Below, piece after piece: positions 8,003-16,144 of a DNA stretch of 64,000 nt. The first letter of the stretch is position 1; each line of letters starts with the position of its first letter. The notes below the pieces were generated by a model that saw nothing but the letters and a program-made list of their open reading frames with translations, had not been told where the DNA came from and did not search any database. The stretch comes from a virus (lineage: Duplodnaviria > Caudoviricetes). Position numbers and translations under genes: made by a program. The DNA is taken from positions 1 to 64,000 of IMG/VR virus record IMGVR_UViG_3300031555_000648. One strand, written 5' to 3'.

Positions 8003-10072
8003 TTAATTTACGACATTTCCATCATTTGGGTCATCAGTACTGTCTTTTCCCATGTCACCAAAAATCTTCTCAAGAATACCACCTCTTTGTGGATTAGACA
8101 CTTGAGTGGTCATTTCTTGTGTACCATCTGCTCTCATGATTTTAGTCTGTCGAATAACTTCTTGGCTTCCTGTCTCATACATTCTTTGTAACTGTGCCAT
8201 ATAACCCCATGTCTGGTTCATCATGTTAGTTACATTAGGGTCTGGGAGACCTCCCTCCATGATTTCAGTAATCATACCTCTTTGTAATCTTTGCATTGAG
8301 AAGTCAGCTATACCTTGCATTGCTTGAATAATATCACTCATATCTCTGGTGTTAAAACGCTCAAACATTTTATTGTAGGCACAAGCATAACCTGCTTTAT
8401 ACTCTGGACACTTCTGTGCATTGATACAGCTATCACAAGCCATCTTAGGGTACTTAGCACTATATAATCTCTTAGGTTTTAACACTTGCTTCTGACCTTT
8501 GATAAATCGTCCTTGTGCGTCTCTGACAGGTTCAATACCCTCTTCTCTAAATATCTCATCATCAAGGTCTGAAATCTCTGGTGCATAACTTCCATCAACA
8601 GGTGCAGGAAGATATTTGAGCATAGTGTTTTGTAAATCCATTTCAGTCACATCTGTTGTCTCATATTCTTCGTCTGTAATATAGTCATCACGTTCTTTCA
8701 CCATTCGGTCAAAATTTGTGCCAAGGACAAGAAGTTTATCATTCTTACCTAAAAGAACTTCGGTGTAGAAGTGTTTAAGGTCTGCAATTCTTTCCTCATC
8801 ATCAGCTACAATTCTGTTCACCCACATATCATGAAGACTTTTGATAAGTTCTGGCTTATAAATGTCCTCAATGATTGGTTGGTACTCATCATCTTCCCAA
8901 TTCATGAAAATGGTGAGGTCAATGATACAGTTAATAGCTGTCATCTTGTCCTCTGTGGAAATGTTAAAGGATTTTGCATAGTCCTCCCAATCTAGTTCAT
9001 TACTTGCATTTTCAATCCACAGAATACTTGGGTATTTAATGGAGTCAAGGTCTGTTTCACTTCTCTCAACACTATCTGGTCTTAGCCAATACATACGAGA
9101 TTTTAGCTTCTCCTGCACAAATTCTTCGGCTTCAATAAAAGCATGAACATTAACTCTTACCATTTCTTCTTTGTCTTCATCAAGGAGTTTTTGTTCATCA
9201 AATCCCTTTGCAACAACTTGTGGTAACATAGCACCTTTCCACTTATCTTTCTTGAGCCGAGACATTTTCTTTCCTGTCCAGAAATTGATTTCACCATACT
9301 GCAATCCAACAAGCCATGTAGTAGAGTCAACTGTGTAGAATGGTAACTTGGTTAAAAGTGCTGTCTGTGTCATTCCCATACCATGAACTAAACTCTTGTA
9401 TTTTTCTGCAACTTTTAGTTTTTCAAAACACCACTTTAATGTATCAGAACTACCTCCTGTAACTAAAGATACTCCAACATAGGGGTATCTCTGACAATAT
9501 TGTTCCCATGAAAGTTTTGGTGCTTCTTCATGGTATATGAAACACACAGGAATGCCTGTCTCTAACATAAAAGGTTCAAAGTATTTCTCATTCCAAATCT
9601 GGACTTGCTCACCACCAACAAGAATTTCAAGGTCAAGGTTAGCAATAGCAAATATTATATCACTATTTTTTCTAGCCCATTTAAGATAACCCTCAATGTG
9701 TTTCTCCCACTGCTCAATAGTGTAATCTTCATAGTTAATATCATTCATATATGTGTATGCACCAGAGTCAACAAAGAACTTTACTCCAATTTCTTTATAT
9801 CTTTGAGTACTAAGGTGCTTTCTCTGTACATAGTGGTAAGAAATAAGAAAATTTCTAATACCCATGTCATACAGAATATTAAAATTCTTTTCATCTTCTA
9901 CACCAGAAAACATCATACTAAAAGGTCTTTGTAAGTCCATAACTTCTCTAAGGTTAGAATACTTTGGCTTCTGTTGGTCTTCTTTGCTCTTATTTTGACT
10001 AAATAAGGACTTTTTCTTAATAGGTTGGGTGTTTGGCTGTTCTGCCACTTTATTCATCTTTTTCAGCTTCAT
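8003..10072 (-). CDS. DpdA-like / TGT-fold guanine transglycosylase with a long C-terminal extension carrying a 4-Cys motif
   Basis: FFVDSGAYT and VHGMG...PFYTVDSTTW motifs match the two TGT aspartate motifs; lies next to folE/queC/queD/queE; C-terminal CDSC-x5-C-x8-C. Confidence 0.75.
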   Translation of the reverse strand: MKLKKMNKVAEQPNTQPIKKKSLFSQNKSKEDQQKPKYSNLREVMDLQRPFSMMFSGVEDEKNFNILYDMGIRNFLISYHYVQRKHLSTQRYKEIGVKFFVDSGAYTYMNDINYEDYTIEQWEKHIEGYLKWARKNSDIIFAIANLDLEILVGGEQVQIWNEKYFEPFMLETGIPVCFIYHEEAPKLSWEQYCQRYPYVGVSLVTGGSSDTLKWCFEKLKVAEKYKSLVHGMGMTQTALLTKLPFYTVDSTTWLVGLQYGEINFWTGKKMSRLKKDKWKGAMLPQVVAKGFDEQKLLDEDKEEMVRVNVHAFIEAEEFVQEKLKSRMYWLRPDSVERSETDLDSIKYPSILWIENASNELDWEDYAKSFNISTEDKMTAINCIIDLTIFMNWEDDEYQPIIEDIYKPELIKSLHDMWVNRIVADDEERIADLKHFYTEVLLGKNDKLLVLGTNFDRMVKERDDYITDEEYETTDVTEMDLQNTMLKYLPAPVDGSYAPEISDLDDEIFREEGIEPVRDAQGRFIKGQKQVLKPKRLYSAKYPKMACDSCINAQKCPEYKAGYACAYNKMFERFNTRDMSDIIQAMQGIADFSMQRLQRGMITEIMEGGLPDPNVTNMMNQTWGYMAQLQRMYETGSQEVIRQTKIMRADGTQEMTTQVSNPQRGGILEKIFGDMGKDSTDDPNDGNVVN

Positions 10073-10083
10073 AGCAGGTCACC

Positions 10084-10647
10084 TCACATTCTCTCTTTGA
10101 ACTCTTTGTAAGAGTCTTCAAATCCCTTATTCACTCTTTTGTAATTTGTGTGAGTACTACAATTACTTTCAGCACCTCTACACTTTACACACTGATGTGT
10201 AGCTTCTACCTCTACAAAGATTGCGTGTGGTTCTAAAAGGTCATATAAGTACTCCCCAATCTCTTGTGTCAACTGCTCCTGCAACTGTGGCTTCTTGCTA
10301 AAATACTTCACTACTCTTGGCACTTTAGAAAGACCAATAACTTTATCACTAGGAACATATCCCACAGTAACTTTTCCAGAGAAAGGCAACCAATGGTGTT
10401 CACAGATAGAGTCAAACTCAATGTCTCTTATGATAACCATATCATTGTCATATTCATTTGGGAAAGTTTTCATGCGTGAATTTAATTCCTCAATGTTGTT
10501 ATTATTTCTGTTGGCAAAAAGTTCATTACAGTACATCTTTGCCACTCTAAGAGGTGTTCCTTTATTACTCTCTGTAATAGGAATACCCAAAATTTTCATA
10601 ATGGCTTCAATATGTTCTTTAATCTCTTCTACCTTGTTATCAATCAT
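10084..10647 (-). CDS. folE: GTP cyclohydrolase I
   Basis: SICEHHWLPF, GLSK, PQLQE and HQCVKCRG motifs; AAGGAGG RBS favours start at 10647. Confidence 0.95.
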   Translation of the reverse strand: MIDNKVEEIKEHIEAIMKILGIPITESNKGTPLRVAKMYCNELFANRNNNNIEELNSRMKTFPNEYDNDMVIIRDIEFDSICEHHWLPFSGKVTVGYVPSDKVIGLSKVPRVVKYFSKKPQLQEQLTQEIGEYLYDLLEPHAIFVEVEATHQCVKCRGAESNCSTHTNYKRVNKGFEDSYKEFKERM

Positions 10648-10681
10648 TGATAAATACCTCCTTGATTTCATTGTAATTAAG

Positions 10682-10732
10682 ATTATACCTCAAAAAAAGC
10701 ACTAGGTCAATCATGAGACTTTCCTAGTGCTT
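10682..10732 (-). terminator. Terminator hairpin (10697-10732) overlapping promoter TTGACC-17-TATAAT for folE-dpdA
   Basis: AAGCACTAGG/CCTAGTGCTT stem followed by T run. Confidence 0.75.
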
Positions 10733-10736
10733 AAGA

Positions 10737-11330
10737 TTAAAACTGCTCAAGGTGCTCCACACACTTGCACATTTCATCAAATTGTGGCTTCAAGTGTGGT
10801 GGTGTCCATGGTGAAGAAAAGCAGATAAAGATTAAATCGAACTCTCCTTGTACTTCATCAATATCTGTAGTTGTGGTATAAGGGAACTCTCCTGTCAATG
10901 CTTCTGTGTCACTGTCTTCTCTCATCACCCACTTAATATCTGCGTCTGGTTTAAGGTCTGCAAGGAAACGCAACCAATTACCACAGTCAAGGGTGTTACC
11001 ACCTGTGATGTACATATCATGGTGAAAGTCAATATTGATAATCTCTAAATCCTCATCTGGCTTCACATTGTCAAAGAACTGTGCAATCTCTCTATGGCTG
11101 TCAGCAATTAAAATCTTCCCTGCTTGTCTGCTCTTTAAGAAGTCACACATCTTGTCGTAGTTTGCAATCACACCTAAGTCTCTGATATTGTCGTGGAAGT
11201 CATATCTACTGTTCCAGATAAATTGAGTCAAGGCAGGTGAGAAGTTATCATGACCATCTGGGAAACACATTACTCTTGTGTTCATGTCAGTGTCAATAAA
11301 GTAGTCAAAGTCAATACTTAGTATTCTCAT
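10737..11330 (-). CDS. Arginase/ureohydrolase-fold metallohydrolase (UPF0489-like)
   Basis: LSIDFDYF, DSHRE, INIDFHHD, DCGNW and ICFSSPWTPP motifs. Confidence 0.75.
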   Translation of the reverse strand: MRILSIDFDYFIDTDMNTRVMCFPDGHDNFSPALTQFIWNSRYDFHDNIRDLGVIANYDKMCDFLKSRQAGKILIADSHREIAQFFDNVKPDEDLEIINIDFHHDMYITGGNTLDCGNWLRFLADLKPDADIKWVMREDSDTEALTGEFPYTTTTDIDEVQGEFDLIFICFSSPWTPPHLKPQFDEMCKCVEHLEQF

Positions 11331-11395
11331 TTTGTACCTCCAAATATTTAATTATGCAAGTATTATTATAGCACTTATATCTATAAAACACAAAA

Positions 11396-11423
11396 CACCA
11401 CAGATGACTAATCATCTGTGGTG
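11396..11423 (-). terminator. Rho-independent terminator after the 59-aa peptide gene
   Basis: Perfect 12-bp stem CACCACAGATGA/TCATCTGTGGTG, 4-nt loop, followed by TTTTGTGTTTT. Confidence 0.85.
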
Positions 11424-11452
11424 CTTGCTACTTTTTGGAGTTAAGGTTTCAA

Positions 11453-11632
11453 CTATCGTCCATTAGGTCTTACGTTGTTTACACGTCTCCCATTGATAGC
11501 TTCGATACGACCAAATACAGAAGTACCTGCTCTACGCATAACCTGACCCTCGGTCTCACCTGCTCTACGTCTAGCTCTAGGGTTCTGTCCTACAGTCTCA
11601 CGACTACCACCCTCAGCGTATGCTTTCATCAT
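11453..11632 (-). CDS. 59-aa Arg/Gly-rich peptide MMKAYAEGGSRETVGQNPRARRRAGETEGQVMRRAGTSVFGRIEAINGRRVNNVRPNGR
   Basis: Translated by hand; AAAGGAGG RBS 8 nt upstream; own promoter and terminator; missed by the 60-aa cutoff. Confidence 0.85.
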   Translation of the reverse strand: MMKAYAEGGSRETVGQNPRARRRAGETEGQVMRRAGTSVFGRIEAINGRRVNNVRPNGR

Positions 11633-11727
11633 GGCAATGTCCTCCTTTCATATTTTGCAAGAGTTCATAGAACACTAGGGAATATGAAAAAACCTATGTG
11701 TTAATCCAATTATCTTGCGTTAAGGAT

Positions 11728-11756
11728 AATATACCATACATTGTTATGGTTTTCAA
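11728..11756 (-). promoter_or_regulatory. sigmaA promoter TTGAAA-17-TATATT (extended -10) for the peptide gene; ACCATA-N6-TATGGT palindrome in the spacer
   Basis: Read directly from the minus strand. Confidence 0.7.
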
Positions 11757-11762
11757 GAGGTT

Positions 11763-13430
11763 TTAATATAAAAATGAACATTTTTTACATTCTTCACCAC
11801 ACATTTTAGAATTACAGGTGGTTGTAATTTCATTTTTACCCTTTTTGATAAGATATTCTAAACTATGGTCTCTTATGTTTCCAACAGACAGTTGGTCATA
11901 GTTTTCACTAGACACTTCGGACGCACAACCTAGTAAATAACCATCTGGTGTTACAGTAACTTGATTTGCATATCTGCTACAACAGTCCTCAAGGAAAAGG
12001 ACAAAATTATCTAACACATAGTAGTTAAAGGTAAAGTCCAATACATCTAACATGGAAGATATTTCATTATCTTCGCCTTCAAACAGAACACTTTCATATT
12101 CTATTCCGATATTGAATGAGAAATTCACATCAGTGAATTTCTTTGCAGTGTCTAACACCTGCTTGTAAACTTCAATCAAATTCTCTTTAGAGAGAAGAGG
12201 AAGAAATTCTGCATTACCTATACTTCTGATAGTCCTAATGTAGAAAGACTTTACACACGAATATCTCCAAACTAGATAAGATATAATACTTGACACCTTA
12301 TCATAATTGTTGCTGTGCAGGTCAATAAATATTTCAACATCAATTCCTAATTTATCACATACAGTAAGTGCTTTATCTGTTACTCCTTGAACACTTCTAA
12401 CTCCATTAGTCAGCATAACATCATCAACACTCAAATAAAACTTCTTTAACCCACATTCCTTTAACTCTTTTGCATACTTAGGAATGGTAATTCCATTAGT
12501 AACAATGTCAAAAGTGATAGAAAGATTATCTTCTTTTATCTTGTGTGCATACCACAGAATATCATCATTAAACATTGGCTCTTTCCCAGAGAAGTGAATG
12601 TTTGATACTCCTAACTTTTCAGCTTGGAGAATAACATTATATAATTCTTCTTTAGACAGTACAGGTGACTTAGTTTCTTCAAATCCATAGAAACAGTGTT
12701 TACACCTCAACTGACACAAATTGTTTATAAGAAGTCTTACTTCTTCAATTTTTTGATTAGCAAGAAGACTAATAAAAACAGGGTTATTATAGTCATAACC
12801 ACTCTTAACTAATGCTTTATGATGATGGTCAACTTTCAGAATACCCTCAATATATTCAAGGTCTTGACAGTCGGCACACTTACCACAAGGCTTTCCATTT
12901 ACAGGAGTATCACAACTAAAATAATCTCCAATTTCTACCCCACATTTGTTTGCAAAATAGATAAGGTTTTCTTTTTCAAAAGTGGAAAAAGGTCTTACCA
13001 CCTCAATGTTAGTGAGTGGAATAGAGAAGCTGTTTATACCATCAAAGAACTTGTCACTTGTATCTGTATATCCATGACTATTTAGAGTAGCAAGATACAC
13101 TTTGTCTGCCCCAATAGCTTCTGCATAGGAAAGTGCGTAAGACAAGAAGATTAAGTTCCTATACTCTAAATACTGCTTGTCATACACATTTGAGTCTTTT
13201 GTATAGAACTCTCTGGAAGTCCAATCAATTTTTGGCAGTGTAATTACTTTATGTGTAGCACCAACTTCTTGACTCACTTTATAAGCACACTCACACTGCT
13301 GTTGTTCATTATTTTCTCCATAACAGAAATGCAAAGAATAGATTTCATCTTCCGTTTGGGTCATGTGTAAATACTTCATAAGTACTACACTATCAAAACC
13401 ACCGCTGTTTAATACTACGATTTTTGACAT
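11763..13430 (-). CDS. queC: QueC-like domain fused to a radical SAM + SPASM/Twitch domain, 555 aa
   Basis: VLNSGGFDS, RNLIFLS and SC-x8-CGKCADC; then CQLRCKHC, FSGKEP, VTNG and CCS...VTPDGYLLGC...VGNI; AGGAGG RBS favours start at 13430 rather than 13616. Confidence 0.9.
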   Translation of the reverse strand: MSKIVVLNSGGFDSVVLMKYLHMTQTEDEIYSLHFCYGENNEQQQCECAYKVSQEVGATHKVITLPKIDWTSREFYTKDSNVYDKQYLEYRNLIFLSYALSYAEAIGADKVYLATLNSHGYTDTSDKFFDGINSFSIPLTNIEVVRPFSTFEKENLIYFANKCGVEIGDYFSCDTPVNGKPCGKCADCQDLEYIEGILKVDHHHKALVKSGYDYNNPVFISLLANQKIEEVRLLINNLCQLRCKHCFYGFEETKSPVLSKEELYNVILQAEKLGVSNIHFSGKEPMFNDDILWYAHKIKEDNLSITFDIVTNGITIPKYAKELKECGLKKFYLSVDDVMLTNGVRSVQGVTDKALTVCDKLGIDVEIFIDLHSNNYDKVSSIISYLVWRYSCVKSFYIRTIRSIGNAEFLPLLSKENLIEVYKQVLDTAKKFTDVNFSFNIGIEYESVLFEGEDNEISSMLDVLDFTFNYYVLDNFVLFLEDCCSRYANQVTVTPDGYLLGCASEVSSENYDQLSVGNIRDHSLEYLIKKGKNEITTTCNSKMCGEECKKCSFLY

Positions 13431-13500
13431 AATAAATCCTCCTATAAATAAATGGACAGGTGCTATTAGTATAACACCTGTCTCTATTGTATCATATTTC

Positions 13501-13827
13501 TTACAATCTGCCAATCGTTGCAGGGTTATCACGTCTTGGCTTAAATTGAGGTGTAACAGTAGTGTTAGGAACTGCCTGTTGGAAGCCTCTCTGTGCTGTA
13601 TTGCTAGGCACTTCATTCTTCGGTACTTTAGGTAACTTCATACCTGCGACTTTTGCAATGCTTTCAGCCTGCTTAATCTCTTCGGAAGCAATCTCTTTAG
13701 CACCAATGATTGCACCTTGGTATCTCTCTTTGTCTGCCTTAATCTGCTCTGCCTGTGCTAACACCCTAGCGTCGTCTCGCTGTCTCCACTTCTTTTCATC
13801 TTCTGACATTTTTGCATAATAACTCAT
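13501..13827 (-). CDS. Hypothetical protein, 108 aa (helical N-half, low-complexity tail)
   Basis: ORF track; GAGGT RBS. Confidence 0.75.
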   Translation of the reverse strand: MSYYAKMSEDEKKWRQRDDARVLAQAEQIKADKERYQGAIIGAKEIASEEIKQAESIAKVAGMKLPKVPKNEVPSNTAQRGFQQAVPNTTVTPQFKPRRDNPATIGRL

Positions 13828-13830
13828 GGT

Positions 13831-14472
13831 TTATACCTCTCTTTCTTTGTAAGAAAATTCTCCAAACAACTCATCTTCCCAGAGTTGTCTCTGTTTAACT
13901 GCTTCTTCAAGTGTCTTGAAGTCCTTTGTTCTTCTTATGTCTTTACACTTAATATAAGCATTAAAAGAACCATTGTGTCTAATACGAACACCTTTAGGAA
14001 GAGGTCTATCTTCATTAGGTTTCATATTACAAGAATTTTGAGACTTAGTACATTTCCTTAATTGTGCTTTTCTGTTATCATCTTTGTTATGAAATTTATG
14101 GTCTACCACATCTGAATTAGTTGCTCTCATCACTACTCTATGTAACTGTTTGTGTGGTCTACTAATACACCAATATCCATCTGCATTTTTAGTCCAAGTT
14201 CGATTAAAGGATTTCAATAATGGAATGTCCTCTACATCTACTAAAGCAAAAATGGAGTGGTCTTTGCTCCACATTTTTGCATGGTCTTCATCAAACACTT
14301 CAAATTCATTGAAGCAACCTTTTGAGCAACCACAGTGTGTCTTTCCGTTTAACTCATGAGAGGTTGCATAAAAATAATTCCCACATAATCTACAATAACA
14401 CTTATGTACTTTTGTGCCAAACTCTTTCTTTTCAATACTGACAACATCATAGTGTAAATATCTGTTTTGCAT
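13831..14472 (-). mobile_element. Free-standing HNH homing endonuclease with AP2 DNA-binding domain
   Basis: HRVVM...VVDHKFHNKDDNRKAQLR (HNH); LPKGV...AYI...FKTLEEAVKQR...LFGEF (AP2); RBS favours start at 14472. Confidence 0.9.
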
Positions 14473-14474
14473 AA

Positions 14475-14522
14475 CATTTACCTCCTTAACACTATTATAG
14501 CATAAAGAGGTAAATGACGCAA
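14475..14522 (-). promoter_or_regulatory. RBS-sequestering hairpin (14475-14484 / 14507-14516) with promoter TTGCGT-17-TATAAT whose -10 lies in the loop
   Basis: Perfect 10-bp CATTTACCTC/GAGGTAAATG. Confidence 0.75.
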
Positions 14523-14542
14523 GCAATTTTTACATTAGCAAA

Positions 14543-15181
14543 TTATCTCACACCGATTAGTTTATGGATTTGCAACTGAACCCTTACATTAAGTCTATCT
14601 TCAATAATCCAATCTACTAATTCACTCCCAATGACTGCTTTCTGGTTCTGGTCAAACATAGGACTGACTAAAATAGAAGCCTGTGTTGGGTATTTCTGTA
14701 ACACTTTCTTCATGTAGTCATAGTCTTCTCTGCTACCAATAACAAACTTCACCTCGTCATTGTTCTGTAACTTAAGCAGATTATCAAAGAGGTTCTTTTC
14801 AGAAACCCCACTGCTAGGACATTTAATGTCCATCACATACTTAAAACTGCGTCTGTACCCAAGGTCTTCAATAGGAACACACCCACTTGTCTCAATGGAC
14901 ACTTTATAACCCATGTGCATGAGTTCCCATGTAAGAGGAATGACTTCTTTGTGAATAAGTGGCTCACCACCTGTAATACACACATATTTCACACCCTTAA
15001 ACTTGAGTACTTTATTGACAATGTTCTCAACCGAAATTCTCTTCTTTTGGTCTGGCTTCTGTGGTTGGTCACAGTATGAACACCCTACAGGACACCCAAA
15101 AAGACGGACAAAGACACAGGGAAGTCCACTGTCTGAACTCTCTCCCTGTATGCTACAGAATATTTCATCATAGTACATCAT
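14543..15181 (-). CDS. queE: 7-carboxy-7-deazaguanine synthase (radical SAM)
   Basis: EIFCSIQGE...GLPCVFVRLFGCPVGCSYCD, ITGGEP and QLQIHK motifs; ATGA overlap favours start at 15181. Confidence 0.95.
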   Translation of the reverse strand: MMYYDEIFCSIQGESSDSGLPCVFVRLFGCPVGCSYCDQPQKPDQKKRISVENIVNKVLKFKGVKYVCITGGEPLIHKEVIPLTWELMHMGYKVSIETSGCVPIEDLGYRRSFKYVMDIKCPSSGVSEKNLFDNLLKLQNNDEVKFVIGSREDYDYMKKVLQKYPTQASILVSPMFDQNQKAVIGSELVDWIIEDRLNVRVQLQIHKLIGVR

Positions 15182-15345
15182 TTTCTTCGTCCACCTTTCT
15201 TTCTCAAACACTTGAGGTAATACTTTCGGTTGTATTTCTTGCTGTAACGATATTTTCCACCACCAAGGTGTTCAACATCATAATACTCACCTGTAATCTC
15301 ATAATCAAAATACTTGTAGAAAAGTGCTTTTAATTTCTTTAACAT
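15178..15345 (-). CDS. Small Lys/Tyr-rich protein, 55 aa (MLKKLKALFYKYFDYEITGEYY...)
   Basis: Translated by hand; GGAGGTG RBS; stop overlaps the queE start. Confidence 0.7.
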   Translation of the reverse strand: MLKKLKALFYKYFDYEITGEYYDVEHLGGGKYRYSKKYNRKYYLKCLRKKGGRRK

Positions 15346-15356
15346 GGTAACACCTC

Positions 15357-15824
15357 CTAAGTGGCAGGTTTCATAACAGGTTGCATAACAGGTTGGTCTG
15401 CATACTTAAGAAGTCTTTCTAAAGTACTTACTCTGTCAAGAAGACTGTCCATGACAGGGTTAAACTCTGCATAGCTTGTAGATGTCTCCCATAACTTGCA
15501 GGACACTAAGTACTTGTCCTTAGGTAATTTAGAGATAATATCTACTCCAATCTGCTTCACCATGATTTCTGCTGTTGGATTAGGGAAGTAGTCATTAAGA
15601 AAAGCATGGTCATACCTATCCACTGCTACTTCATTCACGATTTTCTTGAGGTCTTTGAAGTCTAAAATCATGCCACACTTAGGGTCAGAAGTGCTTGTCT
15701 CAATACTACCACCTACAGTCACTTCTAATTTGTAAGAATGACCATGGAGATTGTGACAAGCACCATCATAGTGTGGCAGATTATGACACGCTTCAAAACC
15801 AAATACTTTTGTTACTGTAATCAT
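15357..15824 (-). CDS. queD: 6-carboxy-5,6,7,8-tetrahydropterin synthase
   Basis: FEACHNLP...CHNLHGHSY, LDFKDLK, DHAFLN, PTAE and LWETSTS motifs. Confidence 0.95.
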   Translation of the reverse strand: MITVTKVFGFEACHNLPHYDGACHNLHGHSYKLEVTVGGSIETSTSDPKCGMILDFKDLKKIVNEVAVDRYDHAFLNDYFPNPTAEIMVKQIGVDIISKLPKDKYLVSCKLWETSTSYAEFNPVMDSLLDRVSTLERLLKYADQPVMQPVMKPAT

Positions 15825-15838
15825 AATCTGCTACCTCC

Positions 15839-16117
15839 TTATTGGACTACAATTCTTGCGACCATTACTGTACGCTTCTCACCTTTAATATCTACTTCAT
15901 CATATCCCGGCTTGATAGTTAAATCAAGACCTCTTGAAGCAAAGATACTTCTGGCTGTTGCTACTGCCTTATACATCTGGTTTACACTGCTTGCTCCGAT
16001 TGCACGAAGTTCAATGTTTCTCTCACCATCATCATAGGCTTTCACAATGCTACCTGCTGTTTCTCTGGTTGGTGAACTACCACTAACCATTAACTGCTTT
16101 ACACTTTCGTTGCTCAT
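15839..16117 (-). CDS. spoVS: Stage V sporulation protein S homolog
   Basis: Aligns by eye with SpoVS: VSGSS...AGSI...IELRAIGASSVNQMYKAVATAR...GLDL..KPGY..VDIKGEKRT. Confidence 0.9.
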   Translation of the reverse strand: MSNESVKQLMVSGSSPTRETAGSIVKAYDDGERNIELRAIGASSVNQMYKAVATARSIFASRGLDLTIKPGYDEVDIKGEKRTVMVARIVVQ

Positions 16118-16144
16118 GATACTGCTACCTCTCTTTCACGATTT

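Noticed and set aside
11633-11727. Possible preQ1 riboswitch in the peptide leader
   Set aside because: It lacks the preQ1-I stem/A-rich tail signature as I know it; kept only as an unspecified structured leader.
13431-13616. N-terminal 62 aa of the 617-aa track ORF
   Set aside because: It overlaps the upstream gene; the strong RBS and QueC homology place the start at 13430.
15372-15395. 12-bp tandem repeat CATAACAGGTTG in the queD tail (QPVM twice)
   Set aside because: A simple local duplication in a non-conserved C-terminal extension.
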